Shown here in pieces: positions 1 through 10,260 of a DNA stretch of 64,000 nucleotides. Position numbers and translations under genes: made by a program. Under the pieces are notes generated by a model. It did not search any database, had not been told where the DNA came from, and saw only the letters and a program-made list of their open reading frames with translations. The stretch's first letter is position 1, and each line of letters starts with the position of its first letter. Source of the DNA: Armatimonadota bacterium (GTDB lineage Bacteria; Armatimonadota; UBA5829; DSUL01); assembly GCA_025998755.1 (NCBI GenBank), contig AP024674.1, positions 1,936,162 to 2,000,161 on the forward strand. Reading direction: 5' to 3'.

Positions 1-1660
1 CCAGGCTGTCCACCCGCAGCCTCACCATCCGCTCAACGCCATAGCGCTCCGCGAAGTTCAGGAGCAGCACCCCAGTTCTCCCGGTGGCCTCATCCACTGC
101 GGCGAGCACTGCAAGCTCCGGATCATTCAGATCGCAAGGGACAGCCCGGCGGGGAAGCATGGCCAGAAGCCGGGCAGCATTGAACACGGCTTTTGGCCGC
201 CCTGAACCCAGAAGCATCCCCCATTCTCCCTTGAACTCGTCGGACCCGCCGAAGTCCATCGCCAGAAAGAAACACGGCTTGGCGATTCCCGCCGGCATCA
301 TTCCCCGCAGCAAGGAGTTGACCATCCAGGCCGCCCCGATTTCGTTGTCCTGCGGCCAGTCGTGCCACCAGGAGTAATTCCACTCGGTGACCATGAACTC
401 CCGCACGCCGCGAGCCGCGCGGGGATAGTCCTTCAAGTATTGCCGCGTCACCTCGGCCTCCTCGCGGAAGATGCCGGGCGGGTGAAAATATTCGTGCCAG
501 GAGATGAAATCGAGCGGGGCGCCCGTCTTCTCGCAGTGCTCCAGGAGACCCCTCATGTATGTCTCTCCATTGACCGCATATCCCCGCTCCGGGGAGGCGT
601 CCCAGGGACCGCTTGCGTTGCAGGGACCGCCGATCAACGCCTCCGGGTCCGCCCGGCGCACACCCTTCCAGGTGGCGTCATACAGTCTGAGATACGTCTG
701 GAGGGGAGTGAGGCCGGGAGCGGCTTTCAGCCAGCCGCTGTTAGCTTCGTTCCAGACCTCCCAGTAGCGGATGCGCCGTCCGGATTCCCGCGCGTGCCGG
801 GCCGCCTGATAGCAGAGCTCCTCCCACTCAGCGAAATCCGCCGGCGGGGCGTGGCGGTCCGGATCGGGGATAGCCTCCAGAGCCTGAGGCATATAAGAGG
901 CGCAGGCGATGAACTCACACTCCAGCTTTTCCATGAACTCCAGGCGGCGGTCCAGGTCGCTCCAGTCGTACACCAGCCTGCCGTTGCCGTCCCGGCGCAC
1001 GGCGTTGGTGAGGATGTTGTCCATGCGGAACCAACGCACTCCGATCTGCCGGAAGCGGGCGGCGATCTCGTCGCTGTATACCGGCAGACCCGCTCCCTGA
1101 CTCAGCCCGATGAGACCATCCGGCAGACGCCCGGACCGGTGCGAGGCGTCCAGCCGGATGAGCGTCCGCTCCTGCGCCCGCCTGCGCTCCACAATCGTGA
1201 AGTCAGCTTCGCTCAGCGACTGCTCCTTGCCTGCGTCCTGCACATCCCGGAATACGCGGATGGCGACGGGCACGGTCTGCCCGGCTCTGGCAGAACGCGA
1301 CAGTAGCGCCATCCCGGCGTGGTCGTTGTCGTAGCGGCTCTGCAGGCGTCCGTTGACGTAAATCTCGCCGCCGAAGTCCGAATTCAGCTTCAGTCCGACA
1401 GCGCGTCCTTCGACGTCCGTGCCATCCACTTGAGGGGGGATGACAACATCTGCTCTGAGCCACGCGCCCTGGTCGCTTCCCCGGAACGGCTCTTTCAGGC
1501 GCACGCAGCGCCAGCCCTCCTGCGCGCAGACTTGTTTCAGGCTCTTTCCGCCGTCGGTATGCAGCAGCCAGGAATCCCAGCTCCCGGAATCGGCCAGACC
1601 CGGCACGGACACAATGAGCGCCACGGCGGCCATCAGGGCCACTCTGGTGCCACTTCTCAT
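1..1660 (-). CDS. secreted glycoside hydrolase, clan GH-A TIM barrel (GH39/GH5-like); 3' end cut by window edge
   Basis: Reverse frame is open from ATG at 1660-1658 (GAAGGAG RBS upstream) to nt 1. Predicted signal peptide MRSGTRVALMAAVALIVSVPGLA; WEVWNEAN acid/base-type motif. Missing from the ORF track because there is no in-window stop. Confidence 0.6.
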   Translation of the reverse strand, partial: MRSGTRVALMAAVALIVSVPGLADSGSWDSWLLHTDGGKSLKQVCAQEGWRCVRLKEPFRGSDQGAWLRADVVIPPQVDGTDVEGRAVGLKLNSDFGGEIYVNGRLQSRYDNDHAGMALLSRSARAGQTVPVAIRVFRDVQDAGKEQSLSEADFTIVERRRAQERTLIRLDASHRSGRLPDGLIGLSQGAGLPVYSDEIAARFRQIGVRWFRMDNILTNAVRRDGNGRLVYDWSDLDRRLEFMEKLECEFIACASYMPQALEAIPDPDRHAPPADFAEWEELCYQAARHARESGRRIRYWEVWNEANSGWLKAAPGLTPLQTYLRLYDATWKGVRRADPEALIGGPCNASGPWDASPERGYAVNGETYMRGLLEHCEKTGAPLDFISWHEYFHPPGIFREEAEVTRQYLKDYPRAARGVREFMVTEWNYSWWHDWPQDNEIGAAWMVNSLLRGMMPAGIAKPCFFLAMDFGGSDEFKGEWGMLLGSGRPKAVFNAARLLAMLPRRAVPCDLNDPELAVLAAVDEATGRTGVLLLNFAERYGVERMVRLRVDSL

Positions 1661-1844
1661 CCGCCACACTCCTTCGCGCGCCGTCCGGGCTCGCCCGCAG
1701 GATGCGAGCAGCCGGCGGCGCACCCTCTAAAGTTGGACGCAAAAGAAAAGCCCTCCTGCCCCGGGGGACTTCAGGGCAGGAGGGTGGCGTGTCCGGAGTT
1801 ACGGAGGGATGGTGCTGAGAGAAAAGACTGGCGGGCGATGCCCT

Positions 1845-2036
1845 TCAGGCGGCGTGAATCGCCCTCGGCACAGACTTGGGACGGCTGTCGGCGTCCACCT
1901 CCAGTTCTCCGCTGGGACCGATGGCGACCACCCCGCTGGAAGGAGGAGCATTGCTGCATTCCCGGCACACCCAAATAGCGAGATGCTTCAGGTGCTCCGG
2001 AACGTTCTCGATGGGCCTACCGCACTTGCAGATCAT
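1845..2036 (-). CDS. small Cys4 zinc-ribbon protein (hypothetical)
   Basis: MICKCGRPIENVPEHLKHLAIWVCRECSNA... has CxC-x19-CxxC. Lies directly downstream of gpsA on the same strand. Could be a spurious high-GC ORF. Confidence 0.25.
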   Translation of the reverse strand: MICKCGRPIENVPEHLKHLAIWVCRECSNAPPSSGVVAIGPSGELEVDADSRPKSVPRAIHAA

Positions 2037-2201
2037 CTCTGGAGAAACCCCCGACTCTGCTTCCGGATCCCTCCGGCGCACGGGGCGGCCGGGGTCCTTC
2101 GGCGAAATGCGTCCACTGGGGTTGTCCCACAGCCAAGGCAAGGAGCGGTCCCGGTAATAATACGGGAATTGGCGGAGCGGGGCCCGGATGCGCTTCTGGA
2201 G

Positions 2202-3209
2202 CTACTCGTCTTTCCAGGTGCGCGCCATGAGATTTCGCAGCGCCTGCTCCGGAGACCGGCCCTCGAACAGCGTGGCGTGGATCTCAGCGCAGATGGGAAC
2301 ATCCACGCCGGTCTGCTCCGCCAGCTTCATAACGGCCCGGGTGGTGGGCACGCCCTCCGCGACCTGGGAGATCTCGGCAAGCGCCTCATCCAGGCTCCGG
2401 CCCTGTCCCAGAGCCAGCCCCACGCGCAGGTTGCGGCTGAGGCGGCTGGAGGCGGTCGCGATGAGGTCCCCCACCCCGGACAGTCCGCTGAACGTGGAAG
2501 ATCGTGCTCCCAGAGCCTCCCCCAGGCGCATCATCTCGGCGAGTCCCCGCGTGAGCAGCGCGGCCTTGGCGTTGTCGCCGAAGCCCATCCCATCGCAGAT
2601 GCCGGCTCCGATGGCCATCACGTTCTTCAGCGCGCCGCCCAGCTCCACACCGATGACGTCCGGACTGGTGTACAGACGGAACGTGGGCCCTCCCAACACC
2701 ACGCGGCAGAAGCGCGCCACCTCCGCATCGGTCGAGGCGATGACTCCGGCCGTCGGTGCCCCCGCCGCAAGCTCCACGGCGAGGTTGGGGCCGGACAGAG
2801 CAGCCAGCGACTCACGGCATTCCGGGATGACATCCCCAATGACCTGCGTTAGCCGCCTCCCGGTCTCGCTGTCAAGCCCCTTGGACGCGCTGACGATATA
2901 GGCCCCCGGCTTCACCACTCCGGCCAGGAGCTCCGTGACTTCCGCCACGGCGTAAGAAGGAACGGCCACAATGATGACATCCGCTCCCCCGGCCGCCTCC
3001 TCCATATCCGCGGTGACGATTAGATCATCCTCAAACGGAAAACCGGGAAGATAACGGCGGTTCTCCCGAACGGTCTGGAGCTCATCCGCCATCTCCGCGT
3101 TCCGCGCCCAGAGGAAGACCTCGCATCCACTGCCACACATGATGCGCGCCAACGCCGTGCCCCAGCTTCCCGCCCCGATCACTGCAAGCTTCAGTTCGCC
3201 TTCAGACAT
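2202..3209 (-). CDS. gpsA: NAD(P)H-dependent glycerol-3-phosphate dehydrogenase
   Basis: 335 aa; N-terminal Rossmann AVIGAGSWGTALA; GpsA-typical ...KGLDSETGRRLTQVI... and ...LSGPNLAVEL... Confidence 0.9.
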   Translation of the reverse strand: MSEGELKLAVIGAGSWGTALARIMCGSGCEVFLWARNAEMADELQTVRENRRYLPGFPFEDDLIVTADMEEAAGGADVIIVAVPSYAVAEVTELLAGVVKPGAYIVSASKGLDSETGRRLTQVIGDVIPECRESLAALSGPNLAVELAAGAPTAGVIASTDAEVARFCRVVLGGPTFRLYTSPDVIGVELGGALKNVMAIGAGICDGMGFGDNAKAALLTRGLAEMMRLGEALGARSSTFSGLSGVGDLIATASSRLSRNLRVGLALGQGRSLDEALAEISQVAEGVPTTRAVMKLAEQTGVDVPICAEIHATLFEGRSPEQALRNLMARTWKDE

Positions 3210-3229
3210 CCCCGACTTCCAGACCCCGT

Positions 3230-3856
3230 CTATTCGTCCAGCGGGCGCCAGAAGTTAGCCAGCGCCCATCCCGCAATCCCCGCCAGATACGCCAGTCCCA
3301 TGACATCCGCCCCTGTGAACAGCCCTGCCCGGCGCAGCGCCTCCCCGGCCTCCGGAGCCCTGGCATACGCCATCAGAAGCACGACCCCAGAATGAACCAC
3401 CAGCAACCCGAAAGGCGTCAGAGCATCCCGCCGGCCCGTCACCAGGAAGATGACCACGAACACCACCGCAGCAGAGAGCGGACCAAACATCAGCGCCAGA
3501 GGCACAGAAAGCCCCACCGGCGCAAGGCGTTCGTCCACACTCTGCACCAGCTGATATACCGACAGAAAGAAGCACGCCGTCAGCGACGCGCAGGCCGCCG
3601 CCACAGGCAGCGGAACGGCGGTCCATCGAGTCCAGGCAACGCCAAGCGCCATCAGCGGCAGGACCACGGAAGCAAACCGCTCCAGCCTCTCCGGCAGCGG
3701 GGCGATGAACGCCGGGGCCGCCTGATCCTCATCATCCGCTGCGCCCTGCGGGGTGGGCGGTGGCGGCGCGGGGGGAGGCACGATCATCCGTCGGCACCAC
3801 GAGCACTGATGCTCGTCCTCCGATTCCATCCCGCACCACTGGCAGACGACGGACAC
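3230..3856 (-). CDS. membrane protein with N-terminal zinc ribbon (hypothetical)
   Basis: CQWC-x9-CSWC ribbon, a Pro-rich linker, then 4-5 hydrophobic helices. Probable GTG start at 3856-3854, 1 nt after the upstream TAG stop; the track ORF continues upstream to 3943. Confidence 0.5.
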   Translation of the reverse strand: MSVVCQWCGMESEDEHQCSWCRRMIVPPPAPPPPTPQGAADDEDQAAPAFIAPLPERLERFASVVLPLMALGVAWTRWTAVPLPVAAACASLTACFFLSVYQLVQSVDERLAPVGLSVPLALMFGPLSAAVVFVVIFLVTGRRDALTPFGLLVVHSGVVLLMAYARAPEAGEALRRAGLFTGADVMGLAYLAGIAGWALANFWRPLDE

Positions 3857-3857
3857 T

Positions 3858-4448
3858 CTACGGGAGCTCCATCTGACGCACCACGCGGTCCAGAAGGGGA
3901 GCGACCCGACCCCAGATTCGGGCAGGGCACTCCCCCTGTACACTCCATACCCACTGCTTGCCGATGCAGGTATGCCGGAAACCCCTCACCTTCTGCCCGC
4001 CGCGTATGGCGGAATAGAAGCTGAGCAGACTCTCCTGCCCCAGAGCGCCGGACCCAACCGGCTTTCCCTCGCTGAAGCGCTGCAATCCCCGGCGGGCCAC
4101 CGGCTGGAGCGCCCGGTGCGCACGCTGCAGAGGCGTCTGGATAACATCCGCTCCCTCTTCCGGCGCCTCAGACACGGCCTTCAGCACCGGGCTGCCCGAA
4201 ACCTCCATCCGGACGCCTCCGGGACCTTCCATAACCACCCGGAAATCCGGCCCGCGAGAGGACGCACTGAGCTTCCAGTTGCCGGGATGAGTGATGCGTA
4301 CGTGGCCGCCGTCCAGGTCGGTCTGCCAGACGCGCCGCGATACCCCCGCGGGATCCAGCCGGGCAAGCACTGTGTATGCGGCGAGTTGTCCGACAATGGC
4401 CACCGCTCCCGCCATCGCCAGGGCCGTCCGCACCGCTCGCCCGCTCAT
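3858..4448 (-). CDS. hypothetical protein with N-terminal signal-anchor
   Basis: 196-aa ORF between gatB and the zinc-ribbon membrane protein, same strand. Hydrophobic N-terminus AMAGAVAIVGQLAAYTVLA; no recognisable motif. Confidence 0.45.
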   Translation of the reverse strand: MSGRAVRTALAMAGAVAIVGQLAAYTVLARLDPAGVSRRVWQTDLDGGHVRITHPGNWKLSASSRGPDFRVVMEGPGGVRMEVSGSPVLKAVSEAPEEGADVIQTPLQRAHRALQPVARRGLQRFSEGKPVGSGALGQESLLSFYSAIRGGQKVRGFRHTCIGKQWVWSVQGECPARIWGRVAPLLDRVVRQMELP

Positions 4449-4467
4449 GCCGGGCGGTCCTGCCGCC

Positions 4468-5979
4468 TCAGCCGGCGCCCAGCTCGCGGCGGAGCAATTC
4501 GTTCACAAGGCGCGGGTTGGCGCGTCCCCCCGTCTCCTTCATGACCTGCCCCACCAGGAATCCGATGGATTTCTCTTTTCCTCCCCGCACATCCGCCGCC
4601 ACACGCTCGTTCCCGGCGATAACCTTACGGACCACAGACAGGATGGCCTCCTCATCCGAGATCTGCGTCTGCCCGCTCGCCTCCACGATCTGGCCGGGAT
4701 CCCTCCCGGTGCGGAACATCTCCTCGAAAACTCCCTTGGCGATCTTCCCGCTGATTGTCCCGTCGTCTATAAGGCGGACAAGCGAGGCTAGCTGAGCGGG
4801 GCGAACCTTGCACGACTGAATGCCTTCTCCGGCCTGGTTCAGCAACCGCAGCAGTTCGGACAGCACCCAGTTGGCGATGGGCTTCGGGTCGCCGTAGTCG
4901 CGCGCCGCCTCCTCGAACCAGTCCGCGATGGCCTTCTCCGATGTCAGAGTAGCCGCATCGGCGCGAGAAAGCCCCATCTCCTCGAACCGCCGCCGGCGCT
5001 GCAGCGGTAGTTCGGGAAGCTCGCGGCGCAACTGCTCCAGCTGCGCTTCCTCGAACCGAAAAGGCAGAAGATCCGGCTCTGGGAAGTAACGATACTCCTG
5101 CTCCAGTTCCTTTCCGCGCATGGGAGCGGTGACTTCGTTCTCCTCATCCCAGCGGCGCGTCTCATGGACCACCACTCCACCGCTCCGGATGGTCTCGATC
5201 TGCCGGCGGATTTCGTATTCCAGCCCCCGGTACACCGAACGGAAGGAATTGAGGTTCTTCAGCTCGGTACGGGTGCCATACTCCCGGGACCCGGCAGGCC
5301 GGACCGATACATTCGGCTCACAGCGCAGAGACCCTTCCTCCATCTTGCCATCGCAGACCCCGAGATACAGCAGGATCTGACGAAGCTGCATGATGTACTC
5401 ACGCGCCTCGTAAGCCGTGTTGATCTGATCGAAGCCGGGCCGCGGATCGTGCTCCGTGACGATCTCCATCAGCGGGACGCCGCTACGGTTGTAGTCCACC
5501 TCGCTCTCAGAAGGGGAGGAGTGCAGCAGTTTGCCTGTATCCTCCTCCAAGTGCACCCGGCGTATCCCAATGCGCTTGACTGTGCCGTCTTCCGTCTCGA
5601 TCTCAATCCAGCCTCGGACGCCGATGGGGGTGTCGCCGTACTGGGAGATCTGATAGCCCTTGGGGAGGTCCGGATAGAAGTAGTTCTTTCGGTGGAAGAA
5701 GGTCTCCCGGTTGATCTCGCAGTTCAGCGCCATGGCGGCGCGAACCACGAACTCCACGGCCTGCCGGTTCGCCACCGGAAGGGACCCGGGCAGCCCCAGG
5801 CACACCGGACAGCAGCGCGTGTTCGGTTCGCCGCCGAACTCGGCGCTGCAGGAGCAAAACATCTTGCTGCGGGTCAGAAGCTCGGCATGGACCTCCATGC
5901 CGATGACGGCTTCGAACCCGCTCTCCGCAATATCAACAGCCAAATTCGTCTCCGCCAATCTGAAATCCACCTGCCGCAC
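4468..5979 (-). CDS. gatB: Asp-tRNA(Asn)/Glu-tRNA(Gln) amidotransferase subunit B
   Basis: [13 protein letters not shown]-terminus, CxxC...C cluster, C-terminal GatB/YqeY domain. Start may lie slightly downstream of the track start. Confidence 0.9.
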   Translation of the reverse strand: MRQVDFRLAETNLAVDIAESGFEAVIGMEVHAELLTRSKMFCSCSAEFGGEPNTRCCPVCLGLPGSLPVANRQAVEFVVRAAMALNCEINRETFFHRKNYFYPDLPKGYQISQYGDTPIGVRGWIEIETEDGTVKRIGIRRVHLEEDTGKLLHSSPSESEVDYNRSGVPLMEIVTEHDPRPGFDQINTAYEAREYIMQLRQILLYLGVCDGKMEEGSLRCEPNVSVRPAGSREYGTRTELKNLNSFRSVYRGLEYEIRRQIETIRSGGVVVHETRRWDEENEVTAPMRGKELEQEYRYFPEPDLLPFRFEEAQLEQLRRELPELPLQRRRRFEEMGLSRADAATLTSEKAIADWFEEAARDYGDPKPIANWVLSELLRLLNQAGEGIQSCKVRPAQLASLVRLIDDGTISGKIAKGVFEEMFRTGRDPGQIVEASGQTQISDEEAILSVVRKVIAGNERVAADVRGGKEKSIGFLVGQVMKETGGRANPRLVNELLRRELGAG

Positions 5980-5983
5980 CCGA

Positions 5984-7444
5984 CTATATGGCGGGCCGGA
6001 GGCGATGGAATTCGGTGGCCTGCTCGAAGGTGTAGGCCGCGCGCAGCATGGTTTCCTCGTCGAATGGCCGGGCCATGATCTGCATTCCCACGGGAAGACC
6101 GTCCACCAGCCCGCAGGGCAGGCTGAGCGCCGGAATGCCCGCCAGATTCACCGGGATGGTGCAGACATCGGCCAGCTTCATCTGGAAGGGATCGTCCGCG
6201 CGCTCGCCCACTGCGAAGGCAGGCGTGGGCGATGTGGGTGTCAGCAGCACATCGCACTCCTGAAAGGCCCGGTCGAAGTCGCGTCGCAGAAGGGTGCGCA
6301 CCTGCTGGGCTTTCAGGTAATAGGCATCGTAGTATCCGGCCGAAAGCGCGTAGGTCCCGATCATGATGCGCTGTTTGACCTCCGCACCAAAACCCTCCGC
6401 GCGCGAGCGCATGAACATATCCACGTGGTCCGAAGCTGCGCCGGAGCGGTGGCCGTAACGCACTCCGTCGTAGCGCGCCAGGTTGGAGCTGGCCTCCGCC
6501 GGCGCGATGATGTAGTAGACCGGGAGCGCGTAGCCCACGTTGGGCATGGAGATTTCCCGGATCTTCGCGCCCGCTTTCTCCAGCACCCGGGCCCCTTCCT
6601 GCACGGCCTGGGCCACGTCTTCCCGCACACCCTGAGCGAAGAACTCCCGCGGCAGCCCCACCGTCATGCCCTGCACATCCCGCACGAGAGCCTGTGTGAA
6701 GTCCGGCGATTCGCCGGGATAGCTGGTGGAGTCCAGAGGATCGTGCCCGCAGATGATGTTCAACACCAGCGCAGCGTCCCTGACATCACGCGTGAGCGGG
6801 CCAATCTGGTCCAGACTGGAAGCATAAGCCACCAGTCCGTACCGCGACACCCGGCCGTATGTGGGTTTCACACCCACAATCCCGCAGAAGGAGGCCGGCT
6901 GGCGAATGGACCCCCCGGTATCTGAGCCGAGGGCATAGAACACCTGTCCCGCAGCCACCGCAGCCGCAGACCCTCCGCTCGAGCCGCCAGGCACTGTGGA
7001 GGTGTTCCAGGGATTGCGCGTCACCTTGAATGCGGAATTCTCTGTGGAGGACCCCATCGCGAACTCGTCCAGGTTTGTCTTGCCGCAGATGACCCCTCCC
7101 CGGTCCAGAATGCGCTGGACGGCGGTGGCATTGTAGGGAGGCTCCCATCCCTCCAGGATGCGCGAGGCGCAGGTGCAGGGCACGCCCTTCAGGCACATAT
7201 TGTCCTTCACCGCAGCCGGCACCCCTGCCAGCGGGTCGGGAAAGGCGGCCGGGTTGGCATCGAAACGCGCGGCTGCCTCCATAGCTATCTCTTCGGTTAG
7301 AGCCAGAAACGCCGAAAGCGACGGCTCCAGCGCGGCGATGCGCTCCAGGCAGGCGCGTGTCAGATCGCGGGCAGAGATGCGGCCCGAACGGAGCGCTTCG
7401 GATGCCTGCCAGGCGGTCTGGATGTTTTCGATGTCGCGCGTCAT
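5984..7444 (-). CDS. gatA: Glu-tRNA(Gln) amidotransferase subunit A
   Basis: Amidase signature [15 protein letters not shown]. Real start MTRDIENIQ at 7444; the first 63 aa of the track ORF are a spurious extension. Confidence 0.9.
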   Translation of the reverse strand: MTRDIENIQTAWQASEALRSGRISARDLTRACLERIAALEPSLSAFLALTEEIAMEAAARFDANPAAFPDPLAGVPAAVKDNMCLKGVPCTCASRILEGWEPPYNATAVQRILDRGGVICGKTNLDEFAMGSSTENSAFKVTRNPWNTSTVPGGSSGGSAAAVAAGQVFYALGSDTGGSIRQPASFCGIVGVKPTYGRVSRYGLVAYASSLDQIGPLTRDVRDAALVLNIICGHDPLDSTSYPGESPDFTQALVRDVQGMTVGLPREFFAQGVREDVAQAVQEGARVLEKAGAKIREISMPNVGYALPVYYIIAPAEASSNLARYDGVRYGHRSGAASDHVDMFMRSRAEGFGAEVKQRIMIGTYALSAGYYDAYYLKAQQVRTLLRRDFDRAFQECDVLLTPTSPTPAFAVGERADDPFQMKLADVCTIPVNLAGIPALSLPCGLVDGLPVGMQIMARPFDEETMLRAAYTFEQATEFHRLRPAI

Positions 7445-7460
7445 TGGCTCTCCTCGCCCC

Positions 7461-7775
7461 TCACTGCCCGCAGTCCTTGCCGTCCGCCGTGTCCACAACG
7501 CGGGGAACCAGGAACGCCTCGCCATTGGACCGCGGAGCGCCGCGCAGCACTTCCTCGCGATCCAGGCCGGGAAGAGCGACGTCTTCGCGGTAGACATTGA
7601 CCATCGGCAGGACGCGCTCCGTGGGTTCCACATCCGTGGTATCCAGTTCCTGGAGCGCCGCGAAGTGCTCGATGATCTGATTCAGATGGCCGGCCAGCCT
7701 GCGCAGCTCTTCCTCGGGAAGCGCCAGGCGGGCCAGGACAGCCACGTTCGAGACCTCTTCAAGGGTAAGCTTCAA
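7461..7775 (-). CDS. gatC: Glu-tRNA(Gln) amidotransferase subunit C
   Basis: KLTLEEVSNVAVLARLALPEEELRRLAGHLNQIIEHFAALQELDTTDVEPT. Probable TTG start at 7775-7773, 10 nt after GGAGG; the first ATG is M4 of the track ORF. Confidence 0.7.
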   Translation of the reverse strand: MKLTLEEVSNVAVLARLALPEEELRRLAGHLNQIIEHFAALQELDTTDVEPTERVLPMVNVYREDVALPGLDREEVLRGAPRSNGEAFLVPRVVDTADGKDCGQ

Positions 7776-8215
7776 GGAGACGAGACCTCCAGTCGCCGCA
7801 TCGGCCGTTTTGCCCTGCGGGGCGGCCCGGCGCCACATTTTAGGCAATAGACCCGGCCGGGGTCAAGCGCGCCGGGAGCGATGCGCTGACGGGTCGGGAT
7901 ATGGGGTGAATAACGAGACAGCCCTACGGTGGTTGAGCCGTCCGCCGCAGGCGGACGAGTCGAAACCACAGCTTGCAGTCTGAGGTCTTCATATGCGCGC
8001 CTGCGGCGCGCTACTCGACGAGCGTAGTCAGCAACCTCACCGCCCACTACGGGAGGCACTGCACCGGGCGACACGCCGTTGACGGCGTCAGGGGGGATGT
8101 GGTAGGTATCCGGTGGAAGCCGCAGCGCTTGCGGGCGCGTCTAATACACGGAAACCATCCTCCGCAAGAGCGGCGCTTCGCCGTGCGGGTGGGTGGAGAA
8201 AGGAGCCGGCTGACG

Positions 8216-8929
8216 ATGATCTCTCCCGTGAAAGCGATTGCAAGGAGATTTCTGGTTGCAGCGCTGTGTGTGGCCACGGCGCTTGCCGCCGGAGCGGCCA
8301 TCGCCGCGCCGAAGATTACGTTCGAGAACACCCAGGTGGACTTCGGCACGCTGGGGCAGGGCAAGTCAGTGGACCTGGTCTACCGTTTCCGGAACACAGG
8401 CGATCAGGAACTGACCATCGGGAACATCCACACCTCCTGCGGGTGCACGAACGCCACCGCCCTCAAGCGGTCCCTCAAGCCGGGCGAGTCCTCGGAGATC
8501 CGCGCCAAGTTCAACTCCGGCAGCTTCCGGGGCAAGATCACCAAGACGATCACCGTGGAGACCAACGACCCCGGCAACCGCGCGGTGCAGCTGATGGTGG
8601 TGGGCTATGTAAAGCCTTCCGTGGAGGTCTTTCCCCAGAGCATCAACTTCGGCACGCTGAAGAAGGGCCGCACCTTCCAGCAGACGGTGGTGCTCAAGCC
8701 GGAGAATCCCGCCAAGTTTACCATCCGCAGCGTGGATGCGCGCGCTCCGTTCATTACGGTGGGCCAGCCGCAACGCTCGAAATCCGTGCCCGGGGCGTGG
8801 GAGCTGCACGTCAAGGTTGACCCCACGGGCGTGAAGCCGGGCCGCATCTACGAGATGATCCAGATCCGCACGGACCTGACCGTCCAGCCACTGGTGGTGG
8901 TACGCGTCATCGGGTCGGTGGTGGAGTAG
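8216..8929 (+). CDS. secreted DUF1573 (Ig-like) domain protein
   Basis: ATG at 8216 with AAGGAG RBS; signal peptide MISPVKAIARRFLVAALCVATALAAGAAIA; conserved HTSCGCT motif in two Ig-like repeats. Confidence 0.75.
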   Translation: MISPVKAIARRFLVAALCVATALAAGAAIAAPKITFENTQVDFGTLGQGKSVDLVYRFRNTGDQELTIGNIHTSCGCTNATALKRSLKPGESSEIRAKFNSGSFRGKITKTITVETNDPGNRAVQLMVVGYVKPSVEVFPQSINFGTLKKGRTFQQTVVLKPENPAKFTIRSVDARAPFITVGQPQRSKSVPGAWELHVKVDPTGVKPGRIYEMIQIRTDLTVQPLVVVRVIGSVVE

Positions 8930-8942
8930 GCCGGCCGGGCCC

Positions 8943-9419
8943 TTGGAGATGAACAGCCGCGTCCGCTCCACCCTTGCCGGAGCTGCCGGCATTGTTCTGG
9001 TCTCGGTGATTCTGGCGGTGGCAGTGACGTCCGCTCTGCCGGGAGGTGTGCCGGTCCTAAGCCCTCCGCCTTCTCCACCGGGCGAGCCACTGGACTTCGT
9101 CCAGGTATGGGAGGCGTTCGATCGCAAAGATGCGACCTTCATTGATGCTCGGCCTGCAGATGAATACGAGTATGGCCATATCCCGGGAGCCCTGAACGTC
9201 CCGCTTCTTGAGCGCGACCGGCATCTGCCGGCGCTGCGCCGCGAGATCCCGCCGGACCGCAAGATCATCGTCTATTGTGATGGCGAGGAGTGTGAGGCAT
9301 CGGAGAAACTCAGCGCGTGGCTTAAGGATCGGGGATGGAAGAAGGTCTATGTCTTCACGGACGGTTATCCCTCCTGGCTGGCGGCGGGGATGGAGATTGC
9401 GAAGGGGGAATCGCCGTGA
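8943..9419 (+). CDS. membrane-anchored single-domain rhodanese-like sulfurtransferase
   Basis: N-terminal TM helix, Pro-rich linker; rhodanese fold with active-site loop YCDGEECE. Confidence 0.75.
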   Translation: MEMNSRVRSTLAGAAGIVLVSVILAVAVTSALPGGVPVLSPPPSPPGEPLDFVQVWEAFDRKDATFIDARPADEYEYGHIPGALNVPLLERDRHLPALRREIPPDRKIIVYCDGEECEASEKLSAWLKDRGWKKVYVFTDGYPSWLAAGMEIAKGESP

Positions 9420-9913
9420 TGTTCCCGCATCGGGTCCGTCAAACGCTTGCCATTGGCGGCAGGCTCGCGCTGGGAGCCGTCTTCATCTACGCAAGTTACG
9501 ACAAGCTGAACGGCTCACAACTGTTTGTGGATGCGGTGGAGAACTACCGCATACTCCCGCGGATGTTGCTCTATCCGTTCGCCGTCATCCTGCCGTGGGT
9601 GCAGCTCGTGACCGGTGTCTGTCTGGTGGCGGGCGCACTGGTGCCGGGGGCCGCGCTGGTGTCCGCCGGCCTGTACGCAATGTTCATGGCTGCGATGGCC
9701 AGCGCCATCATCCGCGGGCTGGACATAAGCTGCGGGTGCTTCAATCTGACCGACGAGGGGCAGCGTGTGGCCTGGGGGTCCCTCTGGCCGAGAGCGCTGG
9801 GAATGATCGCCAGTATCTATGTGATGGCGGCGTCAAACGAACTTGAATGGCCCCTTTCCCGGCTTGTTGGCTCGGGGAAGGGAAACGGGAAGGAGACTTC
9901 TGAATGCAGGTGA
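9419..9913 (+). CDS. DoxX/MauE-family membrane protein
   Basis: Four predicted TM helices; start ATG overlaps the rhodanese stop (TGATG); CGCF motif near the C-terminus. Confidence 0.65.
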   Translation: MFPHRVRQTLAIGGRLALGAVFIYASYDKLNGSQLFVDAVENYRILPRMLLYPFAVILPWVQLVTGVCLVAGALVPGAALVSAGLYAMFMAAMASAIIRGLDISCGCFNLTDEGQRVAWGSLWPRALGMIASIYVMAASNELEWPLSRLVGSGKGNGKETSECR

Positions 9914-10086
9914 CCTGCCCTGTGTGCTGGCACTCGGTGGTGACGGTGGCCACTTGCCAGTCGTGCGGGTTCCAGCAATGCCTTGAATACGAAGGCCCGG
10001 TGTGCAAAGTGTGTGGCGGCGTGTGTCGTGCCGACGCAAAGAGGGAGGAGGCAACTGCCGCGGCATCCGGGACCGAGGCGGCCTGA
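9904..10086 (+). CDS. small Cys-rich (4x CxxC) zinc-ribbon protein
   Basis: MQVTCPVCWHSVVTVATCQSCGFQQCLEYEGPVCKVCGGVC...; high GC3; start overlaps the DoxX stop by 10 nt. Confidence 0.3.
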   Translation: MQVTCPVCWHSVVTVATCQSCGFQQCLEYEGPVCKVCGGVCRADAKREEATAAASGTEAA

Positions 10087-10260
10087 GACTGCCGAAACAC
10101 CTTCAGTTGCCACGAAGGGGGGCGAAGATGAGTTTCGTCCTCCGCTGGTTTTGGGGCCACTTGAGGATGGCGGAAGAAGACTACGCGGAGCTGGAGGCGG
10201 CTTGGGTCGGCTGCTTGAGGGGGCTTCTGGAGAAGACTGCCGACAACCATCCAGCACAGG

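Noticed and set aside
362-1978. Several plus-strand ORFs (362..1306, 1319..1978 and others) across the first 2 kb
   Set aside because: They are Arg/Pro/Gly-rich, low-complexity translations typical of antisense frames in high-GC DNA. The minus strand carries a clean glycoside-hydrolase frame with signal peptide and RBS.
1809-2901. Plus-strand ORFs of 347 aa and 237 aa antisense to gpsA
   Set aside because: Antisense to an unambiguous GpsA ORF; composition junk-like (R/P/A/S rich).
5164-6925. Plus-strand ORFs 5164..6078 and 5711..6925 antisense to gatB/gatA
   Set aside because: They overlap unmistakable GatB/GatA coding frames on the other strand and have no motifs.
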